Virus record (IMG/VR): IMGVR_UViG_3300006162_000017
Location: 1-53,461 of that record
Strand: one strand, 5' to 3'
Origin: a virus
Lineage: Duplodnaviria > Caudoviricetes
Length of the DNA: 53,461 nucleotides
In this document: positions 44,303 through 53,461 of the stretch, in pieces
How the letters are laid out: each line of letters opens with the position of its first letter
How positions within the stretch are numbered: position 1 is the first letter of the stretch
Translations under genes and position numbers: made by a program
The notes under the pieces: model-generated
Database searches by the model: none
What the model saw: only the letters and a program-made list of their open reading frames with translations
What the model was told of the DNA's origin: nothing

Positions 44303-45982
44303 TTAGAACCACCCTGCAATAGAATTAATAAGGTTAGAACCACCTGAATAGAGATTATTTAATCCTCCTGCTATTCCTCCAAGTTGTCCAATCATCCCCG
44401 CCGTACCACCACCGGAACCATTAGGAGTTCCTAGAATACTATTGATTCCATTGGTTGTAGAAGCAGCATTTGCCGTATTACCAAGAGCAGTACCAAAGGC
44501 ATAATCAGCACCATATTTAGCCTGATTACCAAGGAAGCCCTGAGCTACGTTGTTAACAGAGTTTAGATAGTTATCGTACGTCTGTGCTCCAAAGCCCATC
44601 ATCTTCTGAGTGTAGTCTATTGGGTTGCCATTTGTACCTGCAGCGTTCTTGCCTGCATTAACATTGTTACCATATAGACTAGCTAGAGATTGATAGAAAG
44701 GAGATTGGAAAAACTGGTTTGGGTTAGATACTGTACTATTTACTGTGTTTACCGAAGGTTGGGCTATATTACCAGCATTGGTATACATACCCATTAAATT
44801 ATTGGCAATGTTCTGCTGTGCACGATTTCCAGTAATGGAATTATATAAGCCAGACCCACCGTTTTGCCATAGCTGTTGTAAACCATTACCCACTTGCTGT
44901 ATATTTTGGAAGATATTACTATTTCCATTAGTAGAAGTTTGATCTGCAACTTGTCCTCCAAGTGAAGTAGGGCCAGTAGTTGGAGAAGGGCCATATCCAA
45001 AAGGATTATTAGGATCTGGGACAGAGGGATTGTTAAGTCCGTAAGGATCAGAAGGAGTTCCTCCATAAATATTTGGAGGATTCTGGTTCTGAAACATTAT
45101 AGAATTACCTGAATTTGGTGTAGATAGACTCATATTTGATGTCCCTGAATTTCCTAGTTGTGATGCAATACCTCCAACTCCTCCTGCCCCAGCTCCTATT
45201 TGTCCTAATGTAGGGCCCCCAGTTTCTGCTGGGAGAGAAGTTCCATTAGTAACTATCGTACCTAAATCTGTTGGTGGAGCGGCACTTGGCATACCAGCAG
45301 TAAAATCTGGACCTGAGCCAAGCATAGTAGATGGTGTGTCTCCAGCAACAGACGGCGCTGAATTAGCCGCTCCGGTCGCAGCATCCCCGGCTAAACCATA
45401 ATAAGCCCCGGCTACTGCAGGCAGCACTTGATCTACTGTTTGCACACCATTACGCTGCCACCAGGATTCTCCCCCGTTCTGACTTTGTATATTACTAGGA
45501 GTGTAATATCCCGTGGAAGGATCTAGTGAATAAGAAGCTGTTGTAGTGTCTGCGGTACCTGGACGCTGATAATAATATGTTCCCCCTGTCATGGAGGGGG
45601 CATTGAAACTGGTGTGAGGTACATTGCTAGTTGGATTATATGCGGTGTCACTACCAACACCTAACATTCTATTAGCTGGAGAAGCTGTGTCAGCGGCAGT
45701 CCAAGTAGGCATAAAAGTGCCTCCTTGTGTAATGCCCTGATTTGTAGTACTGTATCCTGCAAGCCCTTGCCCGTTATTCCATTGAGATTGTGTAAATATA
45801 GGTAAAGGAGTATTTCCCACCATTGTCTGGTACATCCCAGTCTGGGGGTTCATATTAACGCCAAAATTAGCGTTAGATCCTGATCCAGAAACTTGTAATC
45901 CATTGCTGTATGGATTACCTTGGGTTACTTGGGGAGGACCAGAGATCCCAGTGGAATTACCATACATTGACTGTAGGCTCAT
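44303..45982 (-). CDS. internal virion/ejection (pilot-like) protein
   Basis: Gly/Asn/Ser/Thr-rich, Gly-rich amphipathic C-terminus. Confidence 0.6.
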   Translation of the reverse strand: MSLQSMYGNSTGISGPPQVTQGNPYSNGLQVSGSGSNANFGVNMNPQTGMYQTMVGNTPLPIFTQSQWNNGQGLAGYSTTNQGITQGGTFMPTWTAADTASPANRMLGVGSDTAYNPTSNVPHTSFNAPSMTGGTYYYQRPGTADTTTASYSLDPSTGYYTPSNIQSQNGGESWWQRNGVQTVDQVLPAVAGAYYGLAGDAATGAANSAPSVAGDTPSTMLGSGPDFTAGMPSAAPPTDLGTIVTNGTSLPAETGGPTLGQIGAGAGGVGGIASQLGNSGTSNMSLSTPNSGNSIMFQNQNPPNIYGGTPSDPYGLNNPSVPDPNNPFGYGPSPTTGPTSLGGQVADQTSTNGNSNIFQNIQQVGNGLQQLWQNGGSGLYNSITGNRAQQNIANNLMGMYTNAGNIAQPSVNTVNSTVSNPNQFFQSPFYQSLASLYGNNVNAGKNAAGTNGNPIDYTQKMMGFGAQTYDNYLNSVNNVAQGFLGNQAKYGADYAFGTALGNTANAASTTNGINSILGTPNGSGGGTAGMIGQLGGIAGGLNNLYSGGSNLINSIAGWF

Positions 45983-46413
45983 TACTTACCTGTAAAATAG
46001 AATCCCTGGAGGGATATGTTTGTTGACACAGTTATATTACCGCCTAGATTAATAAGTTGCGCTGTGTTAGTCCCACGCTGGAGGATCAGATTGCCCAATG
46101 AAGCGCCAGTCGTGTTGTTTATTAATGGTACGGCCGTAATCATCTGGACTGTTCCAGTAACGTAGGCTAATTGCTTCGGAAGATTTATATATTGGTTCGT
46201 GTTCCATGCAGTTACTCCAGTCATCTGGATGTTAAAGAAAAGACCAGTTGTTACAGCCCTTGTCCAGTAAGCATATGTTGTTGTAGATAATGCCCCTGTT
46301 GGGAAACTACTTGCTGGGATTGGATTCCATATACTAGAGGAAATGTTATCCAGCAGGGTACGCCAGTTCTGGTCTGATATCTCTATAGTGCCATCTGGGT
46401 TGCTGAAGTTCAT
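45982..46413 (-). CDS. putative tail-associated protein
   Basis: 143 aa beta-rich, coupled to neighbours. Confidence 0.55.
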   Translation of the reverse strand: MNFSNPDGTIEISDQNWRTLLDNISSSIWNPIPASSFPTGALSTTTYAYWTRAVTTGLFFNIQMTGVTAWNTNQYINLPKQLAYVTGTVQMITAVPLINNTTGASLGNLILQRGTNTAQLINLGGNITVSTNISLQGFYFTGK

Positions 46414-47573
46414 GCTGTACCCATATTGTAGACGATATCAAATGCCCTGTGATGGGCAGGTCCAATACCAGTCATATCAATTCTGAAAGATCCTCTACGG
46501 AATCTGGTTACGTTACTCCACTCAATGGTATTCTGATAGCCTTCTGCGGAGGGGTTCTTAGTAGTACACTGCACGAAGTTCGTATACGTAGGATCATTGG
46601 AATACCAGAGAGTAAGGCTATTCTGCCCATAGTCTCCGATAGAGTATACCTTAGCAATATGCTTCCAGTAGTTAACGTCCATATCAATTACTTCGGTATA
46701 ATAACTAGCAGTTCTGGAAACTGTATCTTCCAAGTCCGCAGTACAAATCTTTAGCACGGAAGAATTACCAGAACCTGTTACATAGTAGGGACGTTGTGTA
46801 TTTGGCTTAACCTGTGTTGCTAGGACAATGTTGGATCTGTATTGATCCCCATTATTTATGTCCGTCATCGTTACTGTCCACCAAACTTCTTCTTCGGGGA
46901 AATAAGCTATGGCTTGGTTTGTACCAGTGAAAGAGATAACTATCATGGTATGAGTATCTATCGGAAGTAACTCAATTCCAATAATAGACCCAGAAGTATT
47001 GGTATTATAATAATTCAACACTTCACGGATATAGTGCGTACCAACAGGCTTAATCATGTACTTGGACATGACGTAAACATCTAGATAGTTATTATCGTTC
47101 TTGCCGATAAAGTACATATCGTCTTTATCTTTGGCTATGGTATTGGTTAAACCATAAGCCATTAAACCTAATTGCTTGGAGAAGATAGGCTGCCTTGCTA
47201 ATGGGGAGCCTAATCCATTACCGGCATCATAAAAGAATTCTATGGAGTTTGCTAGGAATGCTACCAGATAGTTGTGGTGCTTCTCCATCCACTGGATTTC
47301 ATCTGGATTGATCTGGGTGATAGCATAGCTAGTAGCATCCCAGTTGGTAAATGGATCTCCTGAATACTGGGAGTTGTAGATATAGTTGTAAGGTCCATTA
47401 CCACCAGCGTCAGATGGAGCAGTGGCGTTGAGCGTAGCAGCTACAAAGAAATAGTTATCTAGATAAACCATTCCCCTGTCTGGAGCTATATACGGCGGTT
47501 GGGTAGGCTGCATATAGTAGTTCGTTGGGGACGAACGGAATGTATATGGAGCTACAACATATGGAGAAGCCAT
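46410..47573 (-). CDS. tail nozzle/DNA-stabilisation protein (P22 gp10-like), C-terminal part
   Basis: VYLDNYF, IYNS..DP..W, NYLVAF...SIEFFYDAGN..GSPL. Confidence 0.7.
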   Translation of the reverse strand: MASPYVVAPYTFRSSPTNYYMQPTQPPYIAPDRGMVYLDNYFFVAATLNATAPSDAGGNGPYNYIYNSQYSGDPFTNWDATSYAITQINPDEIQWMEKHHNYLVAFLANSIEFFYDAGNGLGSPLARQPIFSKQLGLMAYGLTNTIAKDKDDMYFIGKNDNNYLDVYVMSKYMIKPVGTHYIREVLNYYNTNTSGSIIGIELLPIDTHTMIVISFTGTNQAIAYFPEEEVWWTVTMTDINNGDQYRSNIVLATQVKPNTQRPYYVTGSGNSSVLKICTADLEDTVSRTASYYTEVIDMDVNYWKHIAKVYSIGDYGQNSLTLWYSNDPTYTNFVQCTTKNPSAEGYQNTIEWSNVTRFRRGSFRIDMTGIGPAHHRAFDIVYNMGTA

Positions 47574-48904
47574 TATCCGATTACCCCATAAATCGTACCA
47601 TAGGTACCAGCACCAGAATAAGAACCATTGGGGATATTAAGAACAGAGTATCCATTACATTGAACAGCGTTACCAGCAGCTCCTCCCGGAGCGCCATAAT
47701 AAATGGGACCTGTCCCAGAATTACCTCCCCTACCACCAGGAGACGCTGGACCTCCCCCTCCTCCTGCTCCTCCGCCATTTCCACCTACATTAAAATTATA
47801 ATCCGCTCCTTGTGTACCTGCAACTAAATAAGTGTTTCCACCAGTTCCACCAAGAGAGCCACTGGCAGATTGTCCGTTTCCTCCGGTTGTTAATCCTGCC
47901 GGAGAACCACTCCACCCAGATCCTGCGGGATATCCAGCACCCCCTCCTCCAGTTGTTGGATAGGTTCCTAAATATTCTTGTCCTGCACCACCTCCACCGC
48001 CTCCACCGGATATTATGCCTGAATTTGTAATGGAGACATTCCAGTTTAAATACAAACCTGGAGATCCATTTCCTCCGGCAGCAGAAATGCCAGCACTTCC
48101 AGGTAATCCACCACTACCACCACTACCTAGAATATTACCATTATTAATAATATTAATAATGGAACCAGTAGCCCAGCCAGTGCCTGTTTGGAGATTACTT
48201 ACAGAAACAGCGCCGTTGATAGTAACATTTATTTGAGCAGGGGCTCCTGGAGTCATCCCTGCTGAAACAGCATTGGTATAAATATTATACCCGGAAATTT
48301 GATTAGAACTAATAGTAAGTGTAAATTGTGGCAGAGGTCCTAAAATAAGATAATATGGATCGTTACTTGTTATGGTAGGTCCAGAGGCGGGCACACTGAA
48401 CGTCCCCATAGTAGCACATCCTAATGCAGGTGCGCCAAAAAATAAATATAAGGGCTTAACTAGACTGATTACTGTACCTGACGTACCACTGACATCTATT
48501 TCTAAAGATACTGCTACTGTGTTATATGGAGATGCATTCGCTTGTTTGGTCATCAGTACAGTTACGTACAATGCGGTACCACTAGCATCTTCATTAACTA
48601 CTAGCATCTGTCCTATCTGAGAAATAATATATCCAGATAGATTAGCTGGGGGAGCAGCAGCTATGGCACTATTAAAAGGAGTTCCAGCGGTAGTAATCGT
48701 ACCAAGATCGTATGTAGAAAGCTGTTTAAAAGCTTCTCTCATTGCCACTTGATACAATGGCTTTTCGCCAAACTGCTCTTCTTTTACAGGATAACAGTCT
48801 ACATAGTTTAACGTTTGGGGAGTACGTGACGTGTTATTGGCAACCTCGAAAGGACTACCAATAGCTGGAACTCTAATTATATTATGTGACTTTTGTTGAC
48901 TCAT
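47573..48904 (-). CDS. nozzle-like N-terminal region fused to a Gly-rich gp38-like adhesin domain
   Basis: first ~190 aa follow the adaptor gene (LNYVDCYP); then IINNGNILGSGGSGG, NSGIISGGGGGGGAG, GGGGAG, GAAGNAV. Confidence 0.6.
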   Translation of the reverse strand: MSQQKSHNIIRVPAIGSPFEVANNTSRTPQTLNYVDCYPVKEEQFGEKPLYQVAMREAFKQLSTYDLGTITTAGTPFNSAIAAAPPANLSGYIISQIGQMLVVNEDASGTALYVTVLMTKQANASPYNTVAVSLEIDVSGTSGTVISLVKPLYLFFGAPALGCATMGTFSVPASGPTITSNDPYYLILGPLPQFTLTISSNQISGYNIYTNAVSAGMTPGAPAQINVTINGAVSVSNLQTGTGWATGSIINIINNGNILGSGGSGGLPGSAGISAAGGNGSPGLYLNWNVSITNSGIISGGGGGGGAGQEYLGTYPTTGGGGAGYPAGSGWSGSPAGLTTGGNGQSASGSLGGTGGNTYLVAGTQGADYNFNVGGNGGGAGGGGGPASPGGRGGNSGTGPIYYGAPGGAAGNAVQCNGYSVLNIPNGSYSGAGTYGTIYGVIG

Positions 48905-49629
48905 CGAGGTCTGGGTTGTACGTAAATACTACCTTCTTCTGTGCCAAAACTTAGGGCTTGCTCTAGGAACATCTTGTAGTCTTCCTTAAGAAGATTACGT
49001 TGTTCCGTATCGATACCATATTCTGGAGCTAGAACTATAGCTAGTCCGTAGATTAAAACTAGATTCCATTCGATAGGAAAGTCTGGTTCATCTGTGCCTG
49101 TAGTGAAGTCCTGATAGGGCCGATGGTACCGAAGGTAGAGGGAACCGTTGACCTGCCAGTAGGTTGGGTCTGGGAGGGGCCAAACATTAATTCTACCAGA
49201 ATTACGAAGAGGCTGATAAAAGACATGAACAGGAGCACCAATAGCATTTTTGTTAGAAAGGATTTCATAGTCTTCATAGGTGTAGATGTTGAGGGGAACA
49301 TCAATTACAGCAAGATTGTCCCTACGCAATCCTTGAATAACTTTAAGTGGTGCTACTTGATTTATTGTTTGTCCTGTCAATCCTATGGTTACGGCCGCTG
49401 TGGAACTAAAGTTAGAGAATGGAATGGTAGCTTCTGTTACTGCCCATACAGGCATCCCTAAAGCCATGTATGCTTTAATCAAAGGATTGAGCATGGCTTG
49501 AGCAGCAAGGTACCTATTGTCGCTAGTAGACAATGTTTCAAAATCACCAACAGCATTAACCTTTCTTAATGCTCCAGTGATTACCGCCGTTTGGCTAGTT
49601 GAATAAGTATAGACTCCAGAGGTTGCCAT
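48901..49629 (-). CDS. head-tail adaptor (tail tubular A/P22 gp4-like)
   Basis: MATSG...GALRK, GMPVW, VWPLPD, DFPIEW..LIYGLA..LAPEYG. Confidence 0.75.
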   Translation of the reverse strand: MATSGVYTYSTSQTAVITGALRKVNAVGDFETLSTSDNRYLAAQAMLNPLIKAYMALGMPVWAVTEATIPFSNFSSTAAVTIGLTGQTINQVAPLKVIQGLRRDNLAVIDVPLNIYTYEDYEILSNKNAIGAPVHVFYQPLRNSGRINVWPLPDPTYWQVNGSLYLRYHRPYQDFTTGTDEPDFPIEWNLVLIYGLAIVLAPEYGIDTEQRNLLKEDYKMFLEQALSFGTEEGSIYVQPRPR

Positions 49630-49632
49630 TAA

Positions 49633-51378
49633 TTATCTCCTTCTCCTGGCCCATATTTGACCCCCGCAACTAGCATTTGTTCCAGCACCAAGTTGTTCTC
49701 CAACAAGATATACAGTTGTAGTAGTGGCAAATGTAAATCTTTGCGAAGGAACAGGTCCTATGGGAGGAGTACTACTTGAAGGAGTCCCCTGATAAAGTTG
49801 ATAATTAAATGATGGTAAAGTTGCTGCAGTTGTATTAATGCCTGCTGTAAATCCAGTATTGGTAGTTCCCAAAGCCCCGGAAGCGAACGATCCGTGTACA
49901 TCCCAATCCCCGGCAGTTAATGAAATGGAAGTTATAGTAGTTTGCGTATTAGGAGCTACAGCAACAGCAGAGGCATGACTTTCAATATATTCTCCAATAT
50001 TACCTGCTGCTGCATTACTTCCATCTGTCCACCCCTGTATATTAGATCCAGTAGTGGACGTGGAAATAGCAGCACTGCCAGAAACTCCGTTGACGGTAAG
50101 ACCAACGCCGCTAGTTGGCGCAGGAACCGTGACATTTCCAGCGGCGGTTGCCTGTAGGTAGTTGTGCCCATTGATCGCAAAGTAAGTGCTTAGAACAGCA
50201 GATCCGGTTGAGAGCTGCGCGTAAGGAGATCCGCTATTGTCTACAATGCCCAATCCGAAATAGGAGTTTGCAGTAGCAGAAACCAGTTGAAGCGTGGAAC
50301 TTCCGTTAGTGCTGTTATTCCAAATCTGTGCAAAAAGCGTGCTGTTTGTCCCAGGCCCGCCGATAACTTGCAAAGCAACAGGTCCAGCTCCGGCTGCGGG
50401 AGCAACGGTTAAGGAAATGCCGCTGCTGGGAGCGCTAACGTTGACATTGCCTGCATTAGTGATACCGATGCGCTGGTTGTTGTTGGTGACCAACCCAATG
50501 CCGATGTTCTGCGTGGTGCCGAAGTACCCAACCGTCGTGGAGGAATCGACGAGGTAAAAAGCCGCAGCGCCGCCATCCGTGGTCTGGAATTGGTAGATTC
50601 CGTTGTGCGCGGTCGTGCCAACTTGTAGCTGCACCCCGCCGGAGGGGCCAACAACAGTAGTGCTGTTGGTTCCGTAAATCGCCGGGTTGTACGCACGGAA
50701 TGCGATCTGGTTCGTGGGGGTGATCGTGAAGGAGTACAGCCGCGGATCCGAGCCAGAGAACGTCAGGCCCGTGATCGCGGCGTTGTTGTTGACGGTGCTG
50801 ATCGCTTCCACGTCAAGGTTTGCGGGGGAAGCCGTAACCACCGTATTCATCGCAAGAGTCTGTGACAGCGTGGAAGAAAACACCCACTGCCCATTCGCAT
50901 TCACACTGCCATACGTCTGCGACCCGACCGAGTTCTGCCACGACATCGTGGCCGCGCGGAATGCAAGGTTCCCGACTGCCGATCCCGCCGTGAGGAACGC
51001 CCCTGGTGAACCGTTGCCATCTCCGAGAATCAGCGAGAGGTTAGAGTTCGGGGTACCTGTTTTGCAAATGAGCTGTGCTACAGAACTGGCAGAGACTGCA
51101 GCATTATAGACATCAAGATAGACAGTACCATTAAAATTCCCTTGAAAAAGACCACAATCGTAACCAGAAATACCATTAACTGTTAAAGGCACCCCACTTG
51201 TGGGGGCGCCGATAATTACATTTTTTAATAAATTACTTGTACCAGCTACACTAAGATTTCCACTTAAATTTATATTTGCTGTGGAAACAAATATCCCGTT
51301 ATATACAAGATTATTAACATCGTTAAGCCAAGAGGCTACGACCGGGGTTGCTCCATCTACGAAGACTGTTGATGCCAT
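49633..51378 (-). CDS. tail fibre
   Basis: MASTVFVDGATPVVASWLNDVN head; three NV...APxSG..LTV repeats; AAAGNIGEY...LTAGDWDV...ARRRR C-terminus. Confidence 0.75.
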   Translation of the reverse strand: MASTVFVDGATPVVASWLNDVNNLVYNGIFVSTANINLSGNLSVAGTSNLLKNVIIGAPTSGVPLTVNGISGYDCGLFQGNFNGTVYLDVYNAAVSASSVAQLICKTGTPNSNLSLILGDGNGSPGAFLTAGSAVGNLAFRAATMSWQNSVGSQTYGSVNANGQWVFSSTLSQTLAMNTVVTASPANLDVEAISTVNNNAAITGLTFSGSDPRLYSFTITPTNQIAFRAYNPAIYGTNSTTVVGPSGGVQLQVGTTAHNGIYQFQTTDGGAAAFYLVDSSTTVGYFGTTQNIGIGLVTNNNQRIGITNAGNVNVSAPSSGISLTVAPAAGAGPVALQVIGGPGTNSTLFAQIWNNSTNGSSTLQLVSATANSYFGLGIVDNSGSPYAQLSTGSAVLSTYFAINGHNYLQATAAGNVTVPAPTSGVGLTVNGVSGSAAISTSTTGSNIQGWTDGSNAAAGNIGEYIESHASAVAVAPNTQTTITSISLTAGDWDVHGSFASGALGTTNTGFTAGINTTAATLPSFNYQLYQGTPSSSTPPIGPVPSQRFTFATTTTVYLVGEQLGAGTNASCGGQIWARRRR

Positions 51379-51698
51379 TATACGTACGCCTGATGATTTT
51401 GGCCAGCTACCATACAACCAGCTACTCCGAGTCCAGAAACTCCGACTGAGTTAGCTAATGTACAGGCTAGGTGTTGCTCTGAATAAGTATCGCCATCATT
51501 ATCAAAAGTAAAGGGAAGGATATTGGACTTTTCTTGGATACCGCGAACGAAGTCTTGGGGGTGTCTAGGTTCCCAATCTTCATCACATACTAGAAGTCCA
51601 TCCCAACGTTTCCTGATCTCATTAGACTTATACTTACGTCCACAGGACATGCAGTATATATTGAATAGACCAGCAACGTAATATTCCCTGTCATCCAT
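51378..51698 (-). CDS. conserved Zn-binding hypothetical protein
   Basis: CMSCG...WDGLLVC..DWEPRHPQDF. Confidence 0.7.
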   Translation of the reverse strand: MDDREYYVAGLFNIYCMSCGRKYKSNEIRKRWDGLLVCDEDWEPRHPQDFVRGIQEKSNILPFTFDNDGDTYSEQHLACTLANSVGVSGLGVAGCMVAGQNHQAYV

Positions 51699-51876
51699 TC
51701 TTAGTTAAATCCGATGTATCTTTCTTTTGTCTTTTTCTTCTTATATATTCTACTAGCTGAATTGCATACCATAGGATAGAAGCTAGAGCTGCTATATCTG
51801 GTAGAATCTGCATAAAGGATGCAGCGGCTACTCCTGCTGCGGCTGCATCTGTGGCTTGACGAACTGGATGGTCCAT
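51691..51876 (-). CDS. small membrane protein, holin-like
   Basis: hydrophobic helices then RRKRQKK; TAATG start. Confidence 0.5.
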   Translation of the reverse strand: MDHPVRQATDAAAAGVAAASFMQILPDIAALASILWYAIQLVEYIRRKRQKKDTSDLTKNG

Positions 51877-52631
51877 TAAGATGCCTGCCATACTTCTACT
51901 GTAGCTCCAGTACCAGACAGCACAGTGACGTTGGCTCTAGCATACTTGAACCCAGTAGTTACGGTAAATCCATCAGAAGCGGTAAGACCTGAAATTGCGG
52001 TAAAAGTAATTGTACCTAATGCGGTAGTTGCCCAATAGTTATTAGCAAAGGTGACTAGGTATACGCCCGTTGTACCTGTAAATGCTGAAGTAAGTACTAG
52101 GGTGGTTGGGTTAGTGATTGAGGCTACCGTGTTTATGGTACTTGCATTCATAAGCCCTGGAACACCGGTAACGGTCATACCAGCCAGTACAGGGACCATA
52201 TTAGAGGTTGGGTATGCTTCTCCGTACACGGAGGTAATGAGAGCAACTCCTCGATCAATAGGTACTGCAGTAAATGTTGCTGGAGATGATGTTGCGATTG
52301 TTCTAACTGCAGTTGGTTGCATGTTAGCATCTAACACATTCATCTGATAAGGTGCCGTAGGAATTGTTACTGAGGTACTAGAATTGGTAAGAAGTACCGG
52401 CATTGTTAAACCATGCGCAGTCAACATATCATTCGTACCCTGAATTACAATGGTAGCTGAAGCACCTGTTGCTGTAGCAGTTAGGAAAGCTTGATAGTTA
52501 GCATAAATCGAATCTATTTGTTTGCCCATTGAAGGCTGAACAATAGTGGTTGTTACTGCCCCCTGTTCTATTGGTCCAAACGTAAATGGACGAACTGAGT
52601 TGGAGGACTTTACGAGGGTCACATTAGACAT
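51876..52631 (-). CDS. virion structural protein
   Basis: Thr-rich beta protein; AAGGA RBS. Confidence 0.6.
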   Translation of the reverse strand: MSNVTLVKSSNSVRPFTFGPIEQGAVTTTIVQPSMGKQIDSIYANYQAFLTATATGASATIVIQGTNDMLTAHGLTMPVLLTNSSTSVTIPTAPYQMNVLDANMQPTAVRTIATSSPATFTAVPIDRGVALITSVYGEAYPTSNMVPVLAGMTVTGVPGLMNASTINTVASITNPTTLVLTSAFTGTTGVYLVTFANNYWATTALGTITFTAISGLTASDGFTVTTGFKYARANVTVLSGTGATVEVWQAS

Positions 52632-52645
52632 GGGGTATCCTTGAA

Positions 52646-52665
52646 ATGGGGGCCGGAGCCCCCAT
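52646..52665 (-). terminator. intergenic hairpin
   Basis: ATGGGGGC-4 nt loop-GCCCCCAT, short U tail on minus strand. Confidence 0.5.
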
Positions 52666-52670
52666 CTCTC

Positions 52671-53461
52671 TTAGTTAAAGTAGTAAATAAACATTGTCCA
52701 AGGACCACCAGAGGTCGCGGCTACGAAGCCTGACGTGGCATATTCTTGGAAGAATGCATAGATCTGTGCATCTTGGGTGGGTTCTACAAAGTAGTTGTAG
52801 TTACCATCCGCACCTAGCAGAGGACTTAGAGCACCTGAAACACACCACACTGGGGGCGTACCTGGAGCTGAAACAACGCCAGGAGCAGTAGCTCCAACGT
52901 ATGTAGTTGCAGCTTGCCAGTAAGCCGTAGGCGTAGTAGCAGCAAATGATCCAACGTTCTTGACAGGTAGCCACTGCATACCAGTAGCTAGACCACCTGA
53001 TTGAACGTTTGCATTGGTGTAGTAAGAAGTACAGACAATAACACCTTGGGTGGACGTAGTATTAACTGTGGTTGATGGAATAGTTACCGTGAACACAGTT
53101 GGATCTGACGCACTTGGGGTTACTGTTAATGGTTGCTTGTTCTGGATTGTGAACGTTGAGAGGCCATTAAAGGTAGTTGCAGCTACGGTATCGAACGTAG
53201 CAACACCTGAGCCTTGGATATGAATGGTATCTGAAGAGGTTAATCCATGAGCAAACTTACAAGTAACAGTAAGTGTGGTGGCACCAGTAGCAACCATTGT
53301 TAGGAAGGGAATAGCTCTTCCAACAGTCAATTGACCAGCAGCACCAGTACCCGTGGTATTACTTACAGCGTTGTTATAAAGACCGATACCAGCGATAGTT
53401 GCGGTACCAGGAAGGACAACTTTTAGTCCACGAGCATTGCCCATTCCAGCGCCACCAACAG
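52671..53461 (-). CDS. 3' part of virion protein beginning at 141 across the window edge
   Basis: frame open to window end with no RBS before ATG 53444; Thr/Gly-rich. Confidence 0.65.
   Translation of the reverse strand, partial: VGGAGMGNARGLKVVLPGTATIAGIGLYNNAVSNTTGTGAAGQLTVGRAIPFLTMVATGATTLTVTCKFAHGLTSSDTIHIQGSGVATFDTVAATTFNGLSTFTIQNKQPLTVTPSASDPTVFTVTIPSTTVNTTSTQGVIVCTSYYTNANVQSGGLATGMQWLPVKNVGSFAATTPTAYWQAATTYVGATAPGVVSAPGTPPVWCVSGALSPLLGADGNYNYFVEPTQDAQIYAFFQEYATSGFVAATSGGPWTMFIYYFN

Noticed and set aside
1-53461. Many antisense or nested ORFs in the track (e.g. 120..575, 2015..2569, 13283..13882, 14980..15537)
   Set aside because: They shadow well-supported genes, lack RBSs and motifs, and break the strict two-arm strand pattern
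1-53461. Stop-codon reassignment as the cause of the split genes
   Set aside because: Core genes are intact in the standard code, no suppressor tRNA is present, and the split halves are in different frames
1-53461. Prophage or temperate lifestyle; T7-like RNA polymerase
   Set aside because: No integrase, repressor, host flanks or RNAP-sized ORF with polymerase motifs

Overview
An essentially complete, circularly permuted genome (~53.5 kb) of a lytic podovirus-type dsDNA phage, with a capsid and two-arm layout resembling LUZ24/PaP3 and an amidoligase module like phiEco32. It has no recognisable RNA polymerase, integrase or repressor. The arms diverge at ~12.9-13.3 kb (likely physical ends) and converge on a bidirectional terminator at ~36.97 kb. 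The + arm (13.3-36.9 kb) carries early genes, three tRNAs (Arg-UCU, Leu-UAA, Ile2-CAU), a deaminase, a six-gene glutaminase/amidoligase/ATP-grasp operon, primase, an AT-rich ori candidate, helicase, a two-piece family A DNA polymerase, nucleases, spanins and a class II RNR. The - arm runs terS, HNHs, an inserted fibre/SGNH block, terL, portal, GroES, scaffold and capsid, then wraps through the window edge to tail, ejection and lysis genes. Spanins imply a Gram-negative host. The most unusual signals are a tail-nozzle gene split in two with a gp38-like Gly-rich adhesin fused to the first half, a cluster of sliding-clamp-binding-like motifs beside a zincin motif in the large ejection protein, a split polymerase with an aberrant motif B, two genes apparently starting at ATA/ATC, an HNH insertion that duplicated its neighbour's start, and a three-way-junction leader. 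All family assignments come from motif recognition by eye; no searches were run.
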